Shown: one piece after another, positions 9,161 to 19,475 of the stretch
How positions within the stretch are numbered: the stretch's first letter is position 1
How the letters are laid out: the number at the start of each line of letters is the position of its first letter
NCBI GenBank assembly: GCA_016930295.1
Contig: JAFGHE010000269.1
Coordinates: 1-56,167, forward strand
Source: Sedimentisphaerales bacterium
Lineage (GTDB): Bacteria > Planctomycetota > Phycisphaerae > Sedimentisphaerales > SM23-30
Reading direction: 5' to 3'
Length of the DNA: 56,167 nt
Notes under the pieces: generated by a model
Seen by the model: only the letters and a program-made list of their open reading frames with translations
The model's database searches: none
What the model was told of the DNA's origin: nothing
Program-made: the position numbers and the translations under genes

Positions 9161-12100
9161 GTGGATAACCGTTTGAAAATTCTATTGGTGGCATTTATTT
9201 TAAGCCTGGCTGTTATGGTTTCAGTAAATCAGGCATGTCCCATGGGGGATTTGAATGATAACTGCAAGGTGGATATTGAGGATATGGAAATTTTCGCTCA
9301 GTATTGGCTGTCTTATCCGGATTGTTTCGGGGCCCCGGGCTGTGCGGACCTGGTGGGAAACGATCAGGTTAATTTGCTGGATTTTGCAGTTGTCTCAGAG
9401 AACTGGTTACTTACTAATTTGCCGACTCTGGTAATCAATGAGGTCATGGCTTCCAATGACAGTACGATTGAGGACCCTGACGAGCCGGGCGAGTATCCGG
9501 ACTGGTTCGAGATGTATAATTACGGAAATGAAACGGTGGATATGGTCGGGATGACGATTGCCGATGACAATAATCAATACGTGGTGCCCGGCAGTGTTTT
9601 GGTTGATCCGGGTGAGCATGTTGTTTTCTGGGCCGATGACGATGATGAACAGGGCAGCAGGCACACAAATTTTAAACTCAGTGCCGACGGTGATGAATTG
9701 AGTCTGTTCACCCCGGTTGCTTTGGGGGGCGAACTGGTTGACAGCGTGAGCTTTGGCGAGCAGCAAACCGATATCAGCTATGGCCGATTCCCTGATAGAG
9801 GTGATGACTGGTACTTTATGGATGATCCAACCCCGGGGACTTCAAATACGACCGGTATGGCGGGAGAGGTTTATTTCTCTCGCCTGGGCGGGACGTTTAT
9901 CAGCAATTTTTCACTGGCACTTTCAGCCTTATCTCCTACAGCGACTATTCGTTATACGACGGACGGCACGATGCCGGGGGCCTCTTCGTCGTTATATTCC
10001 AGCCCGATTTCTATAACTAACACTCAGACCCGATGGATTCGTGCTCGTGTCTATGACGCAGCCCTGGCGCCGGGGCCGGTTTCCACGCATTGTTATATAC
10101 CCCTGGCAAGCGATGTGCAGGGTTTCAGCTCAAACCTGCCGCTGGTTATTATTGATACGTTAGGTGTCGACATCGACAATAATGGCGGAGCAGGTTGCTG
10201 GGATTTTACCTACCCCTATCAGACGGTTGCAGCCGTATTTGTGGATACGGATAAGACTGGGCAGGCGGCCATGACCGATCTGGCCGATTATGCCGGGCGG
10301 GGAGGGATGAGAATTCGAGGGGAAAGCTCACGGTGCTGGCCGAAGAGGCAGTACTCGTTCGAGGTCTGGGGGGAGAATTATGATGAAGATAAAGATGTTT
10401 CCCTGTTAGGTTTGCCCGCGGATTCTGACTGGATATTGAATGCCCCTTATGGCGATAAGACCCTGCTGCGAAATGTGTTGGCGTATAAATGGAGCAATGA
10501 TATTGGTCAGTATGCCCCGAGAACCCGGATGGTGGAGCTTTACTATAACTATAACGGGCAGGTTTCCAGTTCAGATTATCGAGGGGTTTATGTGCTGACG
10601 GAAAAGATCAAGATCTGTAATGAGCGAGTTGATATTGCTGCGCTGAACAGTGGGGATATCACCGAACCGGAAATCACCGGAGGCTATATGATCCGGCATG
10701 ACAAAGATAATGGTCAGGAGAAATTTACAACCAGTGCCAATATGACAGGGGATTTCCAGTATTACGATCCGGATGAATTTAATTTAAGCAGCGGCCAGAA
10801 AAACTGGCTTACCGGCTGGCTGAACGAGTATGAAGGAGTGCTGCAGGGGTCTAATTTTAATGATCCGATTACTGGTTACGCTAAGTACATAGATATCGAA
10901 GCGTTTATCGAATACGATGAAATCGTGGAGCTTTTCAAGAATGCCGATGGACATAAACTCAGTGTTTATTTGTACAAGGATCGCCAGGGCAAGCTGGTTA
11001 TGGGGCCCCAGTGGGATTACAATTTCAGCGCAGGCAATACGACTAATCCTGACTGGTGGTATCCAGACTGGTTTTCGAAAACCAGTGTATGGTACAGCGA
11101 AACAGCATCGGCCTATGCATGGTATTTTCGGTTATTGGAGGATCCGGACTATAAATTGCGATATGCGGATAAATGGTTTGACCATCGCGAAGACAAGCTC
11201 AGCGACGCGCAGGTAAACGCGGATATTGATTATTACTATACGTTGCTGACGGCCGATGGGGCGGCGGACAGGAATTTCACGAGATGGGATATTCTTAATC
11301 AATATGAATGGTGTAATTATTATTACGGATCTGCCGGGAATCCACATACCTTTCAAATGGAAATTGAATGGCTCAAAAACTGGTTTACCGGAGAAGGTAC
11401 TCCGGCGCCAGGGGAAACGTACGAAGTCGAATACTCCGACCGGTTTGACTGGCTTGATACTCATTGGACCAGTGACAAGAATGTTAGTGCGCCACCAGCG
11501 ATTCTGGTAAATAGTACGGTTATGAATAGTGGGGGGCAGGTTAATGTGGGAGACAGCCTGACCATGAGCACGTCTTCCCCGGGGACCATATATTATACTC
11601 TAGACGGTTCGGATCCCAGGACCTGGACCCAATATTCCGCGACGCCGCCATTTATCACCATGCTGGTTCCAGAAAATGCTGACAAAGCGGTTCATGTCCC
11701 CAGTGCGTCTGTTAATGATAACTGGAAGGGGGGCGGCTCGTTTGACGATTCCGGCTGGAATGATTACAGTTATATCTCCGGCATGACAGGAGGTGTGGGC
11801 TATGAAAACAGCAGTGGGTATGAGCCGTTTATCAGCTATGATGTCATGAGTCTGATGCTGGACAGTAAAACCAGCTGCTACATACGAGTGCCCTTTACCG
11901 TGGATGCCGATGATCTGAATAACATGGAGTATATGACGTTGCGCGTGCGGTTTGATGATGCTTTTGCGGCCTATATCAACGGCACCGAGGTGCAGCGAAG
12001 CCCACTGGCTCCAGAGGTACTGGACTGGGACTCTGCCGCGACAAATTATACCGACCCGGAGACGACGTCCTTTATCGAGTATGATCTTACCGCATATAGC

Positions 12101-13843
12101 GGTGTACTTAATGTCGGCAGTGACAATATCCTGGCTATTCATGGGATGAATTCAAGTGCGGGAAGCTCCGATATACTGGTGTCCTTTGAACTTGAAATAG
12201 GTGCGCAGGGATCAGGGCTGGTTCCCGGTGGGGCGATCGCGCCGACCGCTGTAGCCTATACCGGCGCCATACCTTTGAATGAAAGTACTCAGATCAAGGC
12301 CCGGATTAAAAACGGATCAGAATGGAGCGCGTTAAACAAGGCCCGGTTTTCCGTTGGTTCGGTTTCTGAGAGTTTGCGGGTATCAGAGATTATGTATCAC
12401 CCGGCGGGCGATCCCAACTCAGAGTTTATTGAGCTGATCAACACAGGACCGACGGTTATTAACCTGAATCTGGTTGAATTCTCCGATGGTATTGAATTTA
12501 TCTTTCCTGATATGACCCTGGCTGCATCTGAGTATGTCGTTGTGGTCAAGAGTCTTGCAGCTTTTAATACTGCGTATCCGGGATATTCCGGCGCCATAGC
12601 CGGTGAATATCTGGGTAGTTTGAGTAACTCCGGGGAAGAGATCGTACTGAAAGATGTTCTGGGCCAGACCATATTGCAATTTGAATACAATGACGGCTGG
12701 TTCCCGGTTACCGACGGACATGGTTTTTCCCTGAATATATCTGATCCGGGGATGTCCGATATGGCCCTCTGGTCAGAAAGACAAAGCTGGCAGGCGAGCG
12801 TAGTCACTGGTGGCAGCCCCGGCCAGGCCTGTACACCCCCGGCGGTCGTTGATGGCGCTATAGTGATCAACGAAGTACTGACCCATACGGATGATCTGGT
12901 TTATGGCGACTGGATCGAATTGTATAACACGACCGCCGCAGCGATTGATATGGGCGGCTGGTTCCTCAGTGATGATAACGATGATTTGATGAAATATGAG
13001 ATAGCCTCCGGAGTCTCAATCCCTGCCTATGGCTATCTGGTCTTTACAGCATCCCAACACTTCCGCAATGCATCGGATCCGGGCAGTCATACCCAGTTTG
13101 GTTTGAGCGAACTGGGCGAACGGGTGATAGTATCCTCCGGTTCCGGTGGCGTTTTATCGGGTGGCTATTGTATGGATCAGACCTTTAACGCCTCATCCCT
13201 GGATGTAACCATAGGCCGTTATGTCAAGAGTGCCGCTGCTGGTTATAACGTAGATTTTGTGGCCATGGCTGCGGGCAGTAAGGGATTTGCCAACTCCGGT
13301 CCCCTGGTGGGCTCGGTAGTCATTAATGAGATCATGTACAACGCCTCGGCGGTCCAGGATAGCCTGGGCGAATATATAGAGCTTTATAATCGTTCGGGCA
13401 GCACCGTTACTCTTTATGACATGACTAACCCGGATAATACCTGGCAATTCACCAAAGGTATAGATTTTAGCTTTCCTTCCGGCACCACAATATCTCCAGG
13501 AGAACATATTCTGGTAGTTAGAACGGATCCGGATATTTTCCGTACGATTTATGGTGTTTCCGGCGGCATTCAGGTTTTTGGACCTTATGAGAACAATACT
13601 GAACTTGATAACGGCGGGGAAAAGATAGAGCTTTCTTTGCCGGGTACCCCGGAACCTGATGGTACGGTTCCCTATATTCGAGTGGAACAGGTCAATTACA
13701 GCGATGGAGAGCATCCCGCAGGTGTTGATCCCTGGCCCGGTTCAGCCGATGGGGGAGGCGATTCCCTGCATCGTCTGGTTCATGGAGATTATGCCAACGA
13801 TGTGGTTAACTGGCAGGCGGATTCCCCAACTCCCGGCTCATAA
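9161..13843 (+). CDS. Secreted CotH-family kinase with N-terminal double dockerin-like repeat, several lamin-tail domains (LTD) and chitobiase/Fn3-associated domains
   Basis: Signal peptide; DLNDNCKVDIEDMEIFAQYWL...DLVGNDQVNLLDFAVVSENWL; LTD starts LVINEVMA, LRVSEIMYHP, IVINEVLTH, VVINEIMYN; IRYTTDGT and IYYTLDGSDPR; CotH motifs IRGESS...PKRQY, YRGVYVLTEKIK, KNADG, GPQWDYN. Confidence 0.85.
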   Translation: MDNRLKILLVAFILSLAVMVSVNQACPMGDLNDNCKVDIEDMEIFAQYWLSYPDCFGAPGCADLVGNDQVNLLDFAVVSENWLLTNLPTLVINEVMASNDSTIEDPDEPGEYPDWFEMYNYGNETVDMVGMTIADDNNQYVVPGSVLVDPGEHVVFWADDDDEQGSRHTNFKLSADGDELSLFTPVALGGELVDSVSFGEQQTDISYGRFPDRGDDWYFMDDPTPGTSNTTGMAGEVYFSRLGGTFISNFSLALSALSPTATIRYTTDGTMPGASSSLYSSPISITNTQTRWIRARVYDAALAPGPVSTHCYIPLASDVQGFSSNLPLVIIDTLGVDIDNNGGAGCWDFTYPYQTVAAVFVDTDKTGQAAMTDLADYAGRGGMRIRGESSRCWPKRQYSFEVWGENYDEDKDVSLLGLPADSDWILNAPYGDKTLLRNVLAYKWSNDIGQYAPRTRMVELYYNYNGQVSSSDYRGVYVLTEKIKICNERVDIAALNSGDITEPEITGGYMIRHDKDNGQEKFTTSANMTGDFQYYDPDEFNLSSGQKNWLTGWLNEYEGVLQGSNFNDPITGYAKYIDIEAFIEYDEIVELFKNADGHKLSVYLYKDRQGKLVMGPQWDYNFSAGNTTNPDWWYPDWFSKTSVWYSETASAYAWYFRLLEDPDYKLRYADKWFDHREDKLSDAQVNADIDYYYTLLTADGAADRNFTRWDILNQYEWCNYYYGSAGNPHTFQMEIEWLKNWFTGEGTPAPGETYEVEYSDRFDWLDTHWTSDKNVSAPPAILVNSTVMNSGGQVNVGDSLTMSTSSPGTIYYTLDGSDPRTWTQYSATPPFITMLVPENADKAVHVPSASVNDNWKGGGSFDDSGWNDYSYISGMTGGVGYENSSGYEPFISYDVMSLMLDSKTSCYIRVPFTVDADDLNNMEYMTLRVRFDDAFAAYINGTEVQRSPLAPEVLDWDSAATNYTDPETTSFIEYDLTAYSGVLNVGSDNILAIHGMNSSAGSSDILVSFELEIGAQGSGLVPGGAIAPTAVAYTGAIPLNESTQIKARIKNGSEWSALNKARFSVGSVSESLRVSEIMYHPAGDPNSEFIELINTGPTVINLNLVEFSDGIEFIFPDMTLAASEYVVVVKSLAAFNTAYPGYSGAIAGEYLGSLSNSGEEIVLKDVLGQTILQFEYNDGWFPVTDGHGFSLNISDPGMSDMALWSERQSWQASVVTGGSPGQACTPPAVVDGAIVINEVLTHTDDLVYGDWIELYNTTAAAIDMGGWFLSDDNDDLMKYEIASGVSIPAYGYLVFTASQHFRNASDPGSHTQFGLSELGERVIVSSGSGGVLSGGYCMDQTFNASSLDVTIGRYVKSAAAGYNVDFVAMAAGSKGFANSGPLVGSVVINEIMYNASAVQDSLGEYIELYNRSGSTVTLYDMTNPDNTWQFTKGIDFSFPSGTTISPGEHILVVRTDPDIFRTIYGVSGGIQVFGPYENNTELDNGGEKIELSLPGTPEPDGTVPYIRVEQVNYSDGEHPAGVDPWPGSADGGGDSLHRLVHGDYANDVVNWQADSPTPGS

Positions 13844-13918
13844 TCGACTGTAATGTTGATCTCGATGAATATGAAATGATAAATAGCATATTGAATCCGA
13901 TAAATCAGGAATCTTCCC

Positions 13919-14785
13919 ATGAGACGTAAGGGTTTTACCTTAATCGAATTACTGGTGGTAATTTCAATTATTGCCCTGTTGATTTCCATACTTATGCCGT
14001 CTCTTCAAAAAGCCAGGGCACAAGCCAGAAATGTACTCTGCCGTTCCAACTTGCATCAATGGTGTTTGTTTATGGCAGAATATGCTGCTGACAATAACGA
14101 AAACTTAATGGTGTCCTTCAGTCGTGCCGGCGGGCGCGTCTGCGGTGAGATCTGGGCCACACCTCAGGACGCCGTCGCCTCAGGGTGTCAGCCCGATGAA
14201 ATAGCCTATACCATGATTGGCCCCTATATGCCGGGATTTGACCGGGAAGCCGAATCTCTCGACAAAATTTGGCAATGCCCCTTCAACAAAGGTGATATTT
14301 ATGATGATATTCCCAATCGATTGATGTATGGCTATTTCCGCATGCATTACTCCTATTTCGGGCGCGTGGAAAAATGGTCCACAGATCTTATGTGGGCCTC
14401 TCCGGGAGGAAGCCGCTCTTCGGCCACTCATCCCCGCCATCTAACCGGCAAAACGTTAAGCAGTAAAGGGGTGCTTATGGCGGATAATTTTTATGTCTGG
14501 TATTATGCGATGATTTATAATCATGGAGCTTCCGGTCCATCCTGGGAAGAAAGTGTAGAAAATTCCATGAATGTCAAAATATATCCAACCGACGATTTTG
14601 ATTGTCTGGGCATCAATGTCGCGTACGGGGACGGACATGTTATCTGGAGAGATTACCGTAACTATGACATAATCGATTTGTGTAATGGCCCTCATGTTAG
14701 AGGAGAACCACGTATCAATTATTCTTCACCCGGACGAATCGATGGTGTTTATACGTTCTATGGGGAAGACCCTGAATTACCTTAA
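13919..14785 (+). CDS. Prepilin-type N-terminal cleavage/methylation protein (DUF1559/H-X9-DG type)
   Basis: [45 protein letters not shown]; WQCP; C-terminal [11 protein letters not shown]. Confidence 0.9.
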   Translation: MRRKGFTLIELLVVISIIALLISILMPSLQKARAQARNVLCRSNLHQWCLFMAEYAADNNENLMVSFSRAGGRVCGEIWATPQDAVASGCQPDEIAYTMIGPYMPGFDREAESLDKIWQCPFNKGDIYDDIPNRLMYGYFRMHYSYFGRVEKWSTDLMWASPGGSRSSATHPRHLTGKTLSSKGVLMADNFYVWYYAMIYNHGASGPSWEESVENSMNVKIYPTDDFDCLGINVAYGDGHVIWRDYRNYDIIDLCNGPHVRGEPRINYSSPGRIDGVYTFYGEDPELP

Positions 14786-14853
14786 AATCAATCAGGCTCA
14801 AAGGGGATAAGAGATTCAGTTGAACTTTGTAAGGATTATTCAGCGTTAAAATA

Positions 14854-17800
14854 TTAACGCTGAGAATTACAGTTGGTCTGTTGCAGCCAGACATCTATAC
14901 GGCTGCATTTTCGCTGACGTATAAGGCTGGCTATTTCCGGGCTCATAGAGGAATTTTGTATTTTTTCCTGACCATCAAGACTATATCGAGCCGGTCTGAC
15001 CGCCTGGTCTCCAAAGGTATTGGCCCGGGACGGATTGTGATATATCAAAAGAATTTCCCCCAGAAAAGCACAGGTAAAGGTATTCTCCGGAATATCAATA
15101 TGTTGTTCTCGCCAGGTGATGGCTTTGGGCTCTTTAGTAAACCACTCGCCGGGGAGTGTGGGATTTAATCGGAAGCGAAGTTCATCATTTTCCATATAAA
15201 AGGGGTTGCTTCCCACTGTCAGTAAAAGCCATATATGGATGAATTCGGCCGTAGTCCCGCTGAGTCGGGCAATAAATCCCCGGCCGTGGGTCTGGGGATC
15301 CGGATTCGCCGAAGAGGCGATGAAAGAGCTGTTTTCCAGAACGCTGCGGCCGTAAATGATGGGATCCATAAAGGGAACCAGCATGGTCCGGGCGTCATCA
15401 AAAAACTCCTCCGTCAGGCCACAGCGCAGCAGTTCCAGCAGATACTTATGTGACATATGCAGCCAGACGGACTCGTTCTCAAACCATCCCTGACTAAAGG
15501 TGCGGGCCCGGCCGATCTCTGCCGGACAGGACGTTAAGGCCTCATTTAATTTATACATCTTAAGCGAAGTATCGAACAGGGTGCTGTTACGAACGTTTTG
15601 ATAAATTTTACGAGCCCGGCGGGGATTATCCAGCAGGCGCAGCAGATGCACCTGTCCTTCCAAAAACAGTGGCAGGGGCTCCTGGGAGAATTTATTGATC
15701 GTTAAATACACCGATCCTTTTTTCGGATCCGTACGGTTTGAGCCGTTTGGGTTCAACTGTGGTTTGACGTCAAGGGCATGATTGCGATAATAGGTATGTA
15801 TCAGGCCGGTAGCTGAATTTATTGATTTTTCTATGGCCCAGCGCGCTCTTTTTTCAATTCCGGCCAGCAACTGAACTAATGATATTCCATCCAGTTTACG
15901 GAGCTTTCCGCTAACCTGTTTGCGAATCTGCAAACGGAAAGTTTCTCTGATGTCTGCCGAGCGATTCCAATTATACTGAGGTTGCTTTAAATCTTCGATA
16001 ACGTTTTCGATAAAATCAGCCACCTCTTCAGGAAAAGCGGTTTGGGGTGGCTGGGGCAGATGATCCCGTAGCCAGCGTGCCAGGCGGAGCGCTTCGGCGG
16101 CTTCGCAGGTCGATGATCCAAACAGGCCGGGAAGTCCGTTGAGTGAGTCATTCCAGCCCGGTCGTCCGGCCTCCATCTCAATAGCTTTGCACTCATAATC
16201 AAAGGACACGGCTTTAATCGCTAATAAGGCACAAAGTTTGGCAAATACCGTGACCCTGGGCATCGGCGAGGAAAGTGTAGAGCCATCAATGACCGCATTT
16301 AATTGCAGCGGGCCACCGGGACGCAGGAGATATTTGTCCTTGCGAGGCTGGACATAGGCTCCTTCGTCGAACCAGCCGATATCAGCCTTTTCGCTGAGCA
16401 TTTCCTCGGTGCGGTCGGGATAAATACTGGCAAACGCCTCCAGCATGTCTGTGATATAGGTCCAGTGGTCAATCCAGTATCCCCCTTCATATCCATGTGC
16501 CACCAGGTTTGTTTCGCATGTCAGCAGAATTTTTTCCAGCCAGTGGTCTCGATTGTCAATGTCAACTTCGTGCCTGTCAGCCCAGGCCAGAATTTCGCCG
16601 GGATGGAAGCAGCGCTGCAGGATATCACAAAACTCCTCCCGGGCCTTCTCTTCGTTGGTGGGACATAACTGCAGAGGATCACACTCCGAATTAAGACACC
16701 AGCGATATCCCACTACCGAGAGTGGATTGTATCCATCGGCCTGCAAAAGTTCCACATACATGCGGATTTCCTGGTCCAGTAAATGAGGATAAAACCAGAT
16801 ATTGTGACGACCATTCTGGCAGATGTCCCGATAATTACCGGGCCCGGTGGATAAAGGGTGAGGGGGCAGTTCAAAATAGTTATAATCTCTTTCCATATCT
16901 CCATGACGACGGGAATAAAGATAAAGTAGAGTGGCGCCGTATCTGGAGGGGAGCAGTTTCGGGATTCCGCCCCGCAGCACATTGTCCAGATAATTTTGTC
17001 GGGTATAGGCATCCAGCAAGGGGATATGAGAAAGGGTAAATGCCGGAGAGGTAATCGAGGCTATAAGTTTCTTGCTTTGTGCAGAAGCTGTCTGGATATC
17101 TTCCAGTCGGGTAAAATTAGGTAGGAAATTAGCCAGTATTTTTTCCGTGGGGGCATGCCCTATCAGGGCGACCAGGGTAACTTCCTGACCCGGTTTTAAC
17201 TCCGCCTGAAATGGCGCCAGGCTGCAAGGTAGTCTGTTTTCCCAAACCTGGGCATCTCTATCCAGGGTTTGCTGAGAGATAAAACGCCGCGGAGTAATTA
17301 AATCGTTGTCTCCGCCGAAGATAATATCAGGATCAACATAGGGTTCAACCGGGATAAGATTTTGCTTATCACAAATCCAGGCGGCATAAAAATTACCCTG
17401 CCGGACTTTGACAACCTCAGCTTCGTCATGGGCTATCACTTTGGCCGAATAATAGGGGACCTTTCCACAGCTGAGTTTCATAGAAGCATAGGCTTCATTA
17501 ATATGTCGCATGGCCTTGATACCATAATCCGTCAGCCCGGCCGGTAAAATCAGCGCCAGGCCGTCCAGACAACTCACATGTTTAATCTCCGTGGAATGGT
17601 TGGAAATTGTCAGGATACGCACCAGAGAGGCGATAACCTGATTGACAGGAGAAAAGTAACCAACACTGAAATTAAGTCCTAAGGTCTGATTGGTTTCAGA
17701 AATCTTCAGTTGGTCCGCCTCAATCCACATCGATCTCTGGTATTTATATTTAGCACTGACCAGATCTGTCTGGAAGGGTTCATAGTATAGCCCGTTTACC

Positions 17801-18105
17801 TTGCAGAACGTCCGAAAACCCTGAACTCCCCCAATTTGATATGCCCAGGTGGCCGGCAGAAACTCGGCTATGGCGTTATCCTTGTTGGCTACCCCAAACG
17901 ACACCACGGCCTGAGCACGGTTGGTATACATACACCATAAAGGTATTCCATCCGGACCGCCAATACCCGGAAGAAAACTGGAAAAAGCCGCTGCTTTATC
18001 ATAATTATCTATCCTGTAACTTCCCTGCGGTTCTAACTCATGGTGTACACGACTGGTTTTATCCAGACGTGTCTGCTTGATCATTTCCCAGGTGTCGCTG
18101 AACAT
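14854..18105 (-). CDS. Glycoside phosphorylase, probably GH161 beta-1,3-glucan phosphorylase (often annotated cellobiose phosphorylase-like)
   Basis: FSSFLPGIGG..GIPLW...NRAQ, YSRRHGDMERDYN, GNYRDICQN, LQADGYNP, GYWIDHWTY, EMEAGRPGWND, GWFENESVWLHM, RLSGTTAEF; no signal peptide; 1083 aa. Confidence 0.75.
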   Translation of the reverse strand: MFSDTWEMIKQTRLDKTSRVHHELEPQGSYRIDNYDKAAAFSSFLPGIGGPDGIPLWCMYTNRAQAVVSFGVANKDNAIAEFLPATWAYQIGGVQGFRTFCKVNGLYYEPFQTDLVSAKYKYQRSMWIEADQLKISETNQTLGLNFSVGYFSPVNQVIASLVRILTISNHSTEIKHVSCLDGLALILPAGLTDYGIKAMRHINEAYASMKLSCGKVPYYSAKVIAHDEAEVVKVRQGNFYAAWICDKQNLIPVEPYVDPDIIFGGDNDLITPRRFISQQTLDRDAQVWENRLPCSLAPFQAELKPGQEVTLVALIGHAPTEKILANFLPNFTRLEDIQTASAQSKKLIASITSPAFTLSHIPLLDAYTRQNYLDNVLRGGIPKLLPSRYGATLLYLYSRRHGDMERDYNYFELPPHPLSTGPGNYRDICQNGRHNIWFYPHLLDQEIRMYVELLQADGYNPLSVVGYRWCLNSECDPLQLCPTNEEKAREEFCDILQRCFHPGEILAWADRHEVDIDNRDHWLEKILLTCETNLVAHGYEGGYWIDHWTYITDMLEAFASIYPDRTEEMLSEKADIGWFDEGAYVQPRKDKYLLRPGGPLQLNAVIDGSTLSSPMPRVTVFAKLCALLAIKAVSFDYECKAIEMEAGRPGWNDSLNGLPGLFGSSTCEAAEALRLARWLRDHLPQPPQTAFPEEVADFIENVIEDLKQPQYNWNRSADIRETFRLQIRKQVSGKLRKLDGISLVQLLAGIEKRARWAIEKSINSATGLIHTYYRNHALDVKPQLNPNGSNRTDPKKGSVYLTINKFSQEPLPLFLEGQVHLLRLLDNPRRARKIYQNVRNSTLFDTSLKMYKLNEALTSCPAEIGRARTFSQGWFENESVWLHMSHKYLLELLRCGLTEEFFDDARTMLVPFMDPIIYGRSVLENSSFIASSANPDPQTHGRGFIARLSGTTAEFIHIWLLLTVGSNPFYMENDELRFRLNPTLPGEWFTKEPKAITWREQHIDIPENTFTCAFLGEILLIYHNPSRANTFGDQAVRPARYSLDGQEKIQNSSMSPEIASLIRQRKCSRIDVWLQQTNCNSQR

Positions 18106-18319
18106 GTATGGCCTTTCTTCAAAGAATCATGCGATGTACCATAATTAATCAATTGGTTGTATCGCAGCAGTAATTTGCCAGGATATAAAGTCGCCTGTCT
18201 GTGTTACTAACCTGCAAAAATAGTATTATTCATATTTACATTAACGGGATTAGCACCATCGGGTGCCGACTTTGCTCGTTTTGTGTATATTATACGAGCT
18301 ATGACTATAGGGTGATTGA

Positions 18320-19345
18320 TTAATCTTTCGGGGGAGGCGCTGTTGACTCACGTATTACCAGCCTCTCGTCGACTTTCACCGTTTTGGGCCTGTATTTTTT
18401 GTCTGTCATACGTTTTAAAAGTAGTTCAGCCGCTACTTTTCCCATTTCCTGCGACCTTAAATCAATAAATGTTAATCCGGGACTCATGATACTGTTGGCA
18501 TATTTGTCGCAGAAGCACAACAAGCTCAATTGTTCCGGGATAGCGATATCGAGTTTATGAGCCGCTTGCATCAGGTTCAAGCCCTCCCGGTGCCCGTAAG
18601 CCACAATCGCCGTGGCGCCATGATTGAGAACGGCGGACCGGAGGAACTCCTCTGCTGAATCAAAAGGCATATTATGTTCAGGTATATCGGGCAGGTCAAA
18701 TTCCTTTAGCATTGATATATACGTTTGATGGCGATCCGCCAGACTGCTATGGCCCCGCAGATAATCTGCCCGCGGGCCGGCATAAGCGATTTTTCGATGC
18801 CCCAATTCGTAAAAATAGGTGACTGCCAATCGTGTTCCCTGCACATCATCCGGCACAACCGAAATCCCTCCTTTGCCAGCAGGCCCGTTGATCACCACAT
18901 AGGGAATCGCGGCGTCCTCCAGTTCTTTCATGGTCGCCGGGGTACTCTTGGCCAGTACAATCACCCCTTCAATTTTCCAGGGAGGCAATTCACTTATATC
19001 CGATTTATGATGAGACACATCCACACTGACATCAAAGTCTTCCGGGTCCGAATCCAGGCTTTGCGTAATCGTATTAACCGCAGTCTGATATATGTTTCCC
19101 ATTTCACTTAAGGCATGAGCTCCGCCCAGGATAACAATCATTCGATAACGTTGTTTGGTTAGACTCTGGGCGATCAGGTTGGGACGATAATTGAGTTCTC
19201 TGGCCACGGCCAGTATCCGGTTGCGGACTTCCTCCCTGACGGTAAAGCCATTACCTAGTTTATTGTTTAAAACCCGGCTGACCGTTGACTTACTGACACC
19301 GGCTCGAGAGGCCACATCATTTAAATTTGCTAGTTGTTCGGGCAT
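18320..19345 (-). CDS. LacI/GalR family transcriptional regulator
   Basis: HTH LNDVASRAGVSKSTVSRVLN, hinge YRPNLIAQSL, sugar-binding domain ending LVIRESTAPP. Confidence 0.95.
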   Translation of the reverse strand: MPEQLANLNDVASRAGVSKSTVSRVLNNKLGNGFTVREEVRNRILAVARELNYRPNLIAQSLTKQRYRMIVILGGAHALSEMGNIYQTAVNTITQSLDSDPEDFDVSVDVSHHKSDISELPPWKIEGVIVLAKSTPATMKELEDAAIPYVVINGPAGKGGISVVPDDVQGTRLAVTYFYELGHRKIAYAGPRADYLRGHSSLADRHQTYISMLKEFDLPDIPEHNMPFDSAEEFLRSAVLNHGATAIVAYGHREGLNLMQAAHKLDIAIPEQLSLLCFCDKYANSIMSPGLTFIDLRSQEMGKVAAELLLKRMTDKKYRPKTVKVDERLVIRESTAPPPKD

Positions 19346-19401
19346 AAGTGAAGGCCTTTTATTAGTAAAATTCAGGTCCTATATAAAAAAACAGCTACTT
19401 T

Positions 19402-19437
19402 TAGCAACGTTGCTATTTACATAGAAACCGATTGCTA
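19402..19437. promoter_or_regulatory. Autoregulatory LacI operator region (TAGCAACGTTGCTA and TAGAAACCGATTGCTA)
   Basis: Two palindromes sharing the TAGCAA half-site, just downstream of the predicted lacI promoter. Confidence 0.7.
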
Positions 19438-19446
19438 ATTGGGTTC

Positions 19447-19475
19447 ATTCTACACGGTTTTTATATTGCTGTCAA
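19447..19475 (-). promoter_or_regulatory. Sigma70-type promoter of the LacI gene
   Basis: Minus strand TTGACA-17 nt-TAGAAT. Confidence 0.65.

Noticed and set aside
18145-18165. Possible LacI operator upstream of the phosphorylase (ATCAATTGGTTGTA)
   Set aside because: It lacks the central CG and is too degenerate to call.
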